Below, piece after piece: positions 58,633 to 64,000 of a stretch of DNA of 64,000 nt (its first letter is position 1; every line of letters begins with the position of its first letter). A program made the translations under genes and the position numbers. This DNA is from Muribaculaceae bacterium (GTDB taxonomy: Bacteria; Bacteroidota; Bacteroidia; Bacteroidales; Muribaculaceae). The notes under the pieces are model-generated. The model saw only the letters and a list, made by a program, of their open reading frames with translations. It was not told the origin of the DNA and did not search any database. The stretch is from assembly GCA_017620635.1 (NCBI GenBank), contig JAGAUV010000008.1:13883-77882 (forward strand). Direction: 5' to 3'.

Positions 58633-59850
58633 ATGGGATTACGTAATTTTCTTGATAAGATAAAACCTAATTTCGAAGAAGGCGGCAAGCTGCATGCTTT
58701 TCATTCGGTATATGACGGTTTTGAGACATTCCTCTATACGCCGCGCACAACGTCGTCGGCAACAGGGGCTGTCCATATCCACGACAGTATAGATGCCAAA
58801 CGCACGATGATAATAGTCGTGATGGCACTTATGCCCTGCTTTATATTCGGCATGTATAATACCGGCTATCAGCACTGGCTCGCGCTCGGAGCACAGGAAT
58901 TTCCATTCTTCAGCCTGCTGTGGTACGGCTTCCTGACCATTCTTCCGCGAGTGCTGGTGGCTTATGTGGTAGGTCTCGGCATCGAATTTGCCTTCGCCCA
59001 GTGGCGTAAGGAAGAAATACAGGAAGGCTTCCTTGTGACCGGCATACTCGTGCCAATGATCTGTCCGGCCGAGGTGCCCCTGTGGATGCTTGCTGTCGCA
59101 GTGGCTTTTGCTGTGGTCTTTGCCAAGGAGGTATTCGGCGGCACAGGCTACAATGTGCTTAACATTGCGCTTGTGACACGTGCATTCCTGTTCTTTGCCT
59201 ATCCGGCGCAGATGTCGGGCGATAAAGTGTATGTGGCAAGCGGAACGCCTTTCGGCTACGGCACTGCCCTGCCCGACGGTTTTGCCGGCGCCACACCGCT
59301 CGGACAGATAGCGACACAGACTTCGTCGGATATCACGCTGACCGGCATCGACGGCCATGTGATAGATACCTGGCAGGCATTTCTCGGTCTGATTCCCGGT
59401 TCGTTCGGCGAGACATCGACGCTCTGCATACTTATCGGCGCTGTAATACTGCTCGCAACCGGAATAGCATCATGGCGAATCATCCTGTCGGTAATAGCCG
59501 GCGGTCTCGCAATGGGATGGATAGCAAATGTGTTTGCAAGTCCTCTCTACCCGGCTTCTTTCATCCCGGCTTATGACCAGCTGCTTCTCGGCGGCTTCGC
59601 ATTCGCGGCAGTCTTTATGGCAACAGACCCGGTAACGGCAGCAAGGACGAATACAGGCAAGTACATATACGGCTTCCTCATAGGAGCTATCGCCATCATA
59701 ATCAGAACATATAACAACGGCTACCCCGAAGGCGCGATGCTGGCAGTGCTGCTTATGAACTGCTTCGCTCCGCTTATCGATTATTGTGTGGTACAGGCCA
59801 ATATCCGCCGTCGCCTCAATCGTGCCAAAACTAAAACCGTAAACGAATGA
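58633..59850 (+). CDS. nqrB: Na+-NQR subunit B
   Basis: KEVFGGTG.N, GATPL (FMN Thr), PGSFGETS, FMATDPV. Confidence 0.96.
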   Translation: MGLRNFLDKIKPNFEEGGKLHAFHSVYDGFETFLYTPRTTSSATGAVHIHDSIDAKRTMIIVVMALMPCFIFGMYNTGYQHWLALGAQEFPFFSLLWYGFLTILPRVLVAYVVGLGIEFAFAQWRKEEIQEGFLVTGILVPMICPAEVPLWMLAVAVAFAVVFAKEVFGGTGYNVLNIALVTRAFLFFAYPAQMSGDKVYVASGTPFGYGTALPDGFAGATPLGQIATQTSSDITLTGIDGHVIDTWQAFLGLIPGSFGETSTLCILIGAVILLATGIASWRIILSVIAGGLAMGWIANVFASPLYPASFIPAYDQLLLGGFAFAAVFMATDPVTAARTNTGKYIYGFLIGAIAIIIRTYNNGYPEGAMLAVLLMNCFAPLIDYCVVQANIRRRLNRAKTKTVNE

Positions 59851-60560
59851 ACAAGCAAAGCAACACATACACCATAATATATATAATAGTTATGGTCGTA
59901 GTCGTAGGCGCAGCTCTGGCGTTTACGTCAATATCGCTCAAGGATCGTCAGAAAGCCAATGCCGACGCAGATAAAATGCGTCAGCTCCTGGCCAGCGTGA
60001 ATATAGAAGTGCCGAAAGAGCGTATCGCAGAAGAATACGACAAGCTGATTACAAACAGTTTTGTCGTAGACAGCGAAGGCAATATCGTGAATGACGCGCA
60101 GGACGCATTTTCGATCAATGTGGCAGTACAGAGCAAGGAAGCAGCCGACAAACGGCTCATGCCTGTATATGAGTGCACCCTCCCCGACGGCAGCGTGAAA
60201 TACATCCTGTCGATGTACGGCGCCGGTCTCTGGGGCCCGATCTGGGGTTATGCATCGGTCGATGCCGACGGAACAACCGTCTATGGAGCATATTTCGCTC
60301 ATCAGGGCGAGACTCCCGGTCTTGGTGCAGAAATAGAGAAGCCCAAGTTCAGCGATCAGTTCCAGGGCAAACGGCTTATCATCGACGGCCGATTCAGCCC
60401 GATAGCTGTAGTCAAGCCGGGTATGCCTGCACCTGAAGGCGAGGATTATGTAGACGGAGTATCAGGCGGCACTATAACCAGCAAGGGTGTGGGCGCCATG
60501 ATAGAGAACTGTCTTGCTCCCTACGGCAATTTTCTTAAAAGTCTTGCGGTAAACAAATAA
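59847..60560 (+). CDS. nqrC: Na+-NQR subunit C
   Basis: GLWGPIWG, H.GETPGLG, VDGVSGGTITS. Confidence 0.96.
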   Translation: MNKQSNTYTIIYIIVMVVVVGAALAFTSISLKDRQKANADADKMRQLLASVNIEVPKERIAEEYDKLITNSFVVDSEGNIVNDAQDAFSINVAVQSKEAADKRLMPVYECTLPDGSVKYILSMYGAGLWGPIWGYASVDADGTTVYGAYFAHQGETPGLGAEIEKPKFSDQFQGKRLIIDGRFSPIAVVKPGMPAPEGEDYVDGVSGGTITSKGVGAMIENCLAPYGNFLKSLAVNK

Positions 60561-60572
60561 AAGCTCGGAGTC

Positions 60573-61187
60573 ATGTCAAACAAAAGTGTATTTTTCAATC
60601 CCTTTTCCAAGAACAATCCTGTCATAGTACAGATACTTGGTATTTGCTCTGTACTCGCTGTTACCGTCAAACTTGAGCCGGCAATAGTAATGAGCCTGTC
60701 GGTAATCGCCGTGCTTGCCTTCAGCAATGTCATCATCTCGCTGATACGCAACACTATTCCGACCAATATCCGAATTATCGTTCAGCTTGTCGTTGTGGCA
60801 GGTCTTGTAGTAATAGTATCGCAGCTGCTCGAGGCTTATGCCTATGATGTGAGCAAACAGCTGTCGGTATTTATCGGCCTCATCATCACAAACTGTATAC
60901 TGATGGGCCGTCTCGAGGCATTCGCCATGGCCAACAAACCGTGGCCGTCGTTCCTCGACGGTGTAGGCAACGGTATAGGTTATGCTATCATCCTTGTTAT
61001 CGTAGGTTTCTTCCGTGAGTTGCTCGGATCGGGAACACTTCTCGGCTATCAGGTTGTTCCTGACTGTTTCTATGAAGCCGGATATGTCAATAACGGTCTG
61101 ATGATACTTCCGCCGATGGCACTTGTGACCGTGGCCTGCATTATCTGGGTGCACCGCAGCTTCAACAGGGACCTACAGGAAAAATAA
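60573..61187 (+). CDS. nqrD: Na+-NQR subunit D
   Basis: NNP..QILGICS.LAVT, LIITNCILMGR.EA. Confidence 0.96.
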   Translation: MSNKSVFFNPFSKNNPVIVQILGICSVLAVTVKLEPAIVMSLSVIAVLAFSNVIISLIRNTIPTNIRIIVQLVVVAGLVVIVSQLLEAYAYDVSKQLSVFIGLIITNCILMGRLEAFAMANKPWPSFLDGVGNGIGYAIILVIVGFFRELLGSGTLLGYQVVPDCFYEAGYVNNGLMILPPMALVTVACIIWVHRSFNRDLQEK

Positions 61188-61215
61188 TCTTACGAACGCC
61201 GTAAAATATTGAATA

Positions 61216-61833
61216 ATGGATAATTTAAACTTGTTTATCCGGTCGATCTTTATCGACAACATGATATTTGCCTATTTCTTAGGCATGTGCTCATTCATCG
61301 CGGTGAGCAAGAACGTCAAGACGGCATTCGGTCTGGGCATCGCCGTCACATTCATGCTGACCATAACACTGCCGATCAACTATCTGCTGGAAACATATGT
61401 TCTACGCAGCGGCGCTCTGGCCTGGCTTAGCCCCGAGTTTGCCGATGTGGATCTGAGCTTCCTGTCTCTTATCGTGTTTATCGCGGTCATAGCGTCGATG
61501 ACACAGCTTGTAGAGATGGTAGTCGAGAAATATGCTCCGGCACTTTACTCGTCGCTGGGTATTTTCCTGCCGCTTATCGCTGTTAACTGTGCAATCCTCG
61601 GCGGCTCGCTGTTCATGCAACAGCGAGATTTCGGGTCGGTGTGGACGGCAGTATGCGCAGGTGGCGGCTGGGGTGTCGGCTGGTTGCTTGCCATCACAGC
61701 TGTAGCAGCCGTGCGCGAGCGCATAGCCCAATACTCCAACATCCCCGGTCCTCTCCGCGGTGTAGGCATAACTTTTATCATAACAGCTTTAATGGGAATC
61801 GCATTCATGAGTTTCCTCGGCATCAAGATCTAA
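61216..61833 (+). CDS. nqrE: Na+-NQR subunit E
   Basis: FLGMCSF.AVS, GIFLPLIAVNCAILG. Confidence 0.96.
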   Translation: MDNLNLFIRSIFIDNMIFAYFLGMCSFIAVSKNVKTAFGLGIAVTFMLTITLPINYLLETYVLRSGALAWLSPEFADVDLSFLSLIVFIAVIASMTQLVEMVVEKYAPALYSSLGIFLPLIAVNCAILGGSLFMQQRDFGSVWTAVCAGGGWGVGWLLAITAVAAVRERIAQYSNIPGPLRGVGITFIITALMGIAFMSFLGIKI

Positions 61834-61846
61834 TATAGCAATCATT

Positions 61847-63154
61847 ATGAAACTCACATATATCTGCTGCCAACTCGATCATTCAGCATGGCTTACCATT
61901 GAGGCCGGAGTCGGTTTATTCCTTGGTGTTACCCTGCTGTTAGTCATAGTATTACTCATCGCAAAGCACTATCTGGTGCAGTCCGGTCCTGTCGAGATCA
62001 CTATCAACGGAGAAAAGACAGTGACAACAAGCGCCGGCAAACCACTGCTCTCGACGATGGCTGACAATAACATATTCCTACCGTCGGCATGCGGCGGCAA
62101 GGGCAGCTGCGGCCAGTGTCGTCTGCAAGTAATGACAGGCGGTGGCGACGCACTGCCGACAGAAGCCGTGCATTTCACACGAAAAGAACTCAAGGACCAT
62201 TGGCGTCTTGCCTGCCAGTGCAAGGTAAAGACCAACATGGATATTACCGTGCCTGCCTCGGTTCTCAGTGTCAAGGAATGGGAATGCGAGGTTATCTCGA
62301 ACCGCAATGTGGCTACCTTCATCAAGGAATTTATCGTAGCGCTGCCGCCGGGCGAGCATATGGACTTCCTTCCCGGCTCGTACGCACAGATCAAGATACC
62401 TCCATATGAAATGGATTATGCCAAAGACATAGACCGCGAACTCATCGGCGAACAGTATCTGCCGGCGTGGGAGAAATTCGGTCTGTTCGGTCTGAAATGC
62501 AAGAATACGGAAACGACTGTACGCGCCTACTCCATGGCCAACTATCCGGCAGAAGGCGACAGAATCATGCTGACAGTCCGCATCGCGACCCCACCCTTCA
62601 AACCGAAACCCGAAGTCGGCTTCCAGGATGTGATGCCCGGCATTGCCTCGAGCTACATCTTCTCGCTCAAACCGGGCGACAAGGTGGTAATGAGCGGCCC
62701 TTACGGCGATTTCCACCCCATATTCGATTCGACAAACGAAATGATGTGGATAGGCGGCGGCGCCGGCATGGCACCGTTGCGCGCGCAGATCATGCATATG
62801 ACCAAGACGCTCAAGACGACCAACCGCAAGATGAATTATTTCTACGGGGCACGCGCACTCAACGAGGTGTTCTATCTCGACGACTTCCTACAACTGGAGA
62901 AAGAGTTCCCCAACTTCAAGTTCCATCTTGCCCTCGACCGACCGGACCCTGCAGCCGACGCCGCCGGCGTGGAATACACTCCCGGCTTCGTACATCAGGT
63001 AATCTACAACAACTACCTGAAGGATCATGATTCGCCCGAGGATATCGAGTACTACATGTGCGGCCCGGGCCCTATGAGCAAGGCCGTGGAAGGCATGCTC
63101 GACAGCCTTGGCGTGGACCCCGAGAATATCCATTACGACAACTTCGGCGGTTAA
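61847..63154 (+). CDS. nqrF: Na+-NQR subunit F
   Basis: SACGGKGSCGQC, RLACQ, RAYSMA, GGGAGMAP, YMCGP, D.FGG. Confidence 0.97.
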   Translation: MKLTYICCQLDHSAWLTIEAGVGLFLGVTLLLVIVLLIAKHYLVQSGPVEITINGEKTVTTSAGKPLLSTMADNNIFLPSACGGKGSCGQCRLQVMTGGGDALPTEAVHFTRKELKDHWRLACQCKVKTNMDITVPASVLSVKEWECEVISNRNVATFIKEFIVALPPGEHMDFLPGSYAQIKIPPYEMDYAKDIDRELIGEQYLPAWEKFGLFGLKCKNTETTVRAYSMANYPAEGDRIMLTVRIATPPFKPKPEVGFQDVMPGIASSYIFSLKPGDKVVMSGPYGDFHPIFDSTNEMMWIGGGAGMAPLRAQIMHMTKTLKTTNRKMNYFYGARALNEVFYLDDFLQLEKEFPNFKFHLALDRPDPAADAAGVEYTPGFVHQVIYNNYLKDHDSPEDIEYYMCGPGPMSKAVEGMLDSLGVDPENIHYDNFGG

Positions 63155-63267
63155 AAATGATGAAATATTCTGCAGAGGCCATAAATAGTCATAAAAGTAT
63201 GCCGATAAGGGCAACATACAATGAAAAATTGACGTTGTCAGAATTGGCAAATTGATAAAAAATTTAT

Positions 63268-63275
63268 TAACTTTG
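63268..63275 (+). promoter_or_regulatory. -7 box (TAACTTTG) of ppdK
   Basis: TAnnTTTG about 86 nt upstream of the ATG. Confidence 0.6.
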
Positions 63276-63361
63276 CAAAGTACTCATCATGTCCGGCACG
63301 AGAGCCGAATCAGGCATAAGACACAAACACTAAATATACCAAATAACAAAACACTAAACGA

Positions 63362-64000
63362 ATGAAAAGAGTTTATACATTCGGCGACGGCCATGCAGAA
63401 GGCAACGCACAAATGCGCAACCTCCTCGGCGGCAAAGGTGCAAACCTCGCCGAGATGAACCTTCTGGGCATGCCCGTGCCCCCCGGCTTCACAATTACAA
63501 CCGAGGTCTGCAACGAGTATACCCAATATGGTCGTGACGAAGTTATCTCACGCATCAAATCGGATGTTGAAAAGGCAATCGCACATGTAGAGAGCCTTAC
63601 CGGCAAGAAATTCAACGATCCCACCAATCCCCTGCTTGTATCAGTACGCTCCGGTGCGCGCGCATCCATGCCCGGTATGATGGATACCGTCCTCAACCTC
63701 GGTATGAATGATGCAACTGTAGCATCACTTGCAGAGAAGAGCGGCAATCCCCGTTTCGCATGGGACAGCTATCGTCGTTTCGTCCAGATGTATGGCGATG
63801 TTGTGCTCGGCATGAAACCTAAAAAGAAAACCGACATCGATCCGTTCGAGGAGATTATGGACAAGGTAAAAGAGGAAAAGGGAGTCAAGCTCGATACAGA
63901 ACTTGATGTAACCGACCTCCAGAACCTTGTAAAGCTTTTCAAATCGGCTGTAAAGGATTATACCGGCAAAGACTTCCCCGATGATGCCTACGAGCAGCTC
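63362..64000 (+). CDS. ppdK: Pyruvate, phosphate dikinase (5' part, runs off window); absent from ORF track
   Basis: Manual translation: MKRVYTFGDG...LLGGKGANLAEM..LGMPVPPGFTITTE...PLLVSVRSGARASMPGMMDTVLNLG. Confidence 0.96.
   Translation, partial: MKRVYTFGDGHAEGNAQMRNLLGGKGANLAEMNLLGMPVPPGFTITTEVCNEYTQYGRDEVISRIKSDVEKAIAHVESLTGKKFNDPTNPLLVSVRSGARASMPGMMDTVLNLGMNDATVASLAEKSGNPRFAWDSYRRFVQMYGDVVLGMKPKKKTDIDPFEEIMDKVKEEKGVKLDTELDVTDLQNLVKLFKSAVKDYTGKDFPDDAYEQL

Noticed and set aside
1-64000. CRISPR arrays, IS elements, prophage or defence genes
   Set aside because: No regularly spaced direct repeats, transposase, integrase or phage genes seen. mazG and the CCA-type enzyme sit in housekeeping contexts.

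Overview
This is a gene-dense core-chromosome segment of a Bacteroidales bacterium. Repeated TAnnTTTG -7 promoter boxes, AT-rich leaders without Shine-Dalgarno sequences and the amidase-mlaD-dnaA synteny support this; Muribaculaceae is plausible but is inference. It holds about 65 CDS: topB (partial), mazG, dsbD, sod, a CCA-adding-type enzyme, surE, dnaA, queCF, pyrDK, an E. coli-like hdhA, the mreBCD-mrdA-rodA cluster, purH, menDBCE, recG, ispD, glyA, pyrBI, aroC, trxB, lolA, ftsK, rpe, nqrA-F and ppdK (partial). It also has one tRNA-Met and two paralogous ECF sigma/anti-sigma pairs. I found no transposase, integrase, prophage or CRISPR array. The most interesting signals are regulatory. (1) An AAC-N17/18-GTT motif recurs just upstream of stress-type genes (glsB-like, a lipoprotein, sod, surE, hdhA, a solute-binding protein, possibly ppdK), suggesting an alternative-sigma stress regulon. 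(2) An unannotated small RNA of about 70 nt has its own promoter and terminator, and its 5' half is antisense to a typical translation-initiation region. (3) Two palindromic operators flank the promoter of a BlaI/BlaR1-TonB module. (4) Both ECF genes have CGTCTAA self-promoter candidates. (5) A 57-aa Hc1-like gene missing from the ORF track lies behind queFC, whose leader is structured but not a canonical preQ1 riboswitch. All family assignments are by eye from motifs; no database search was run.
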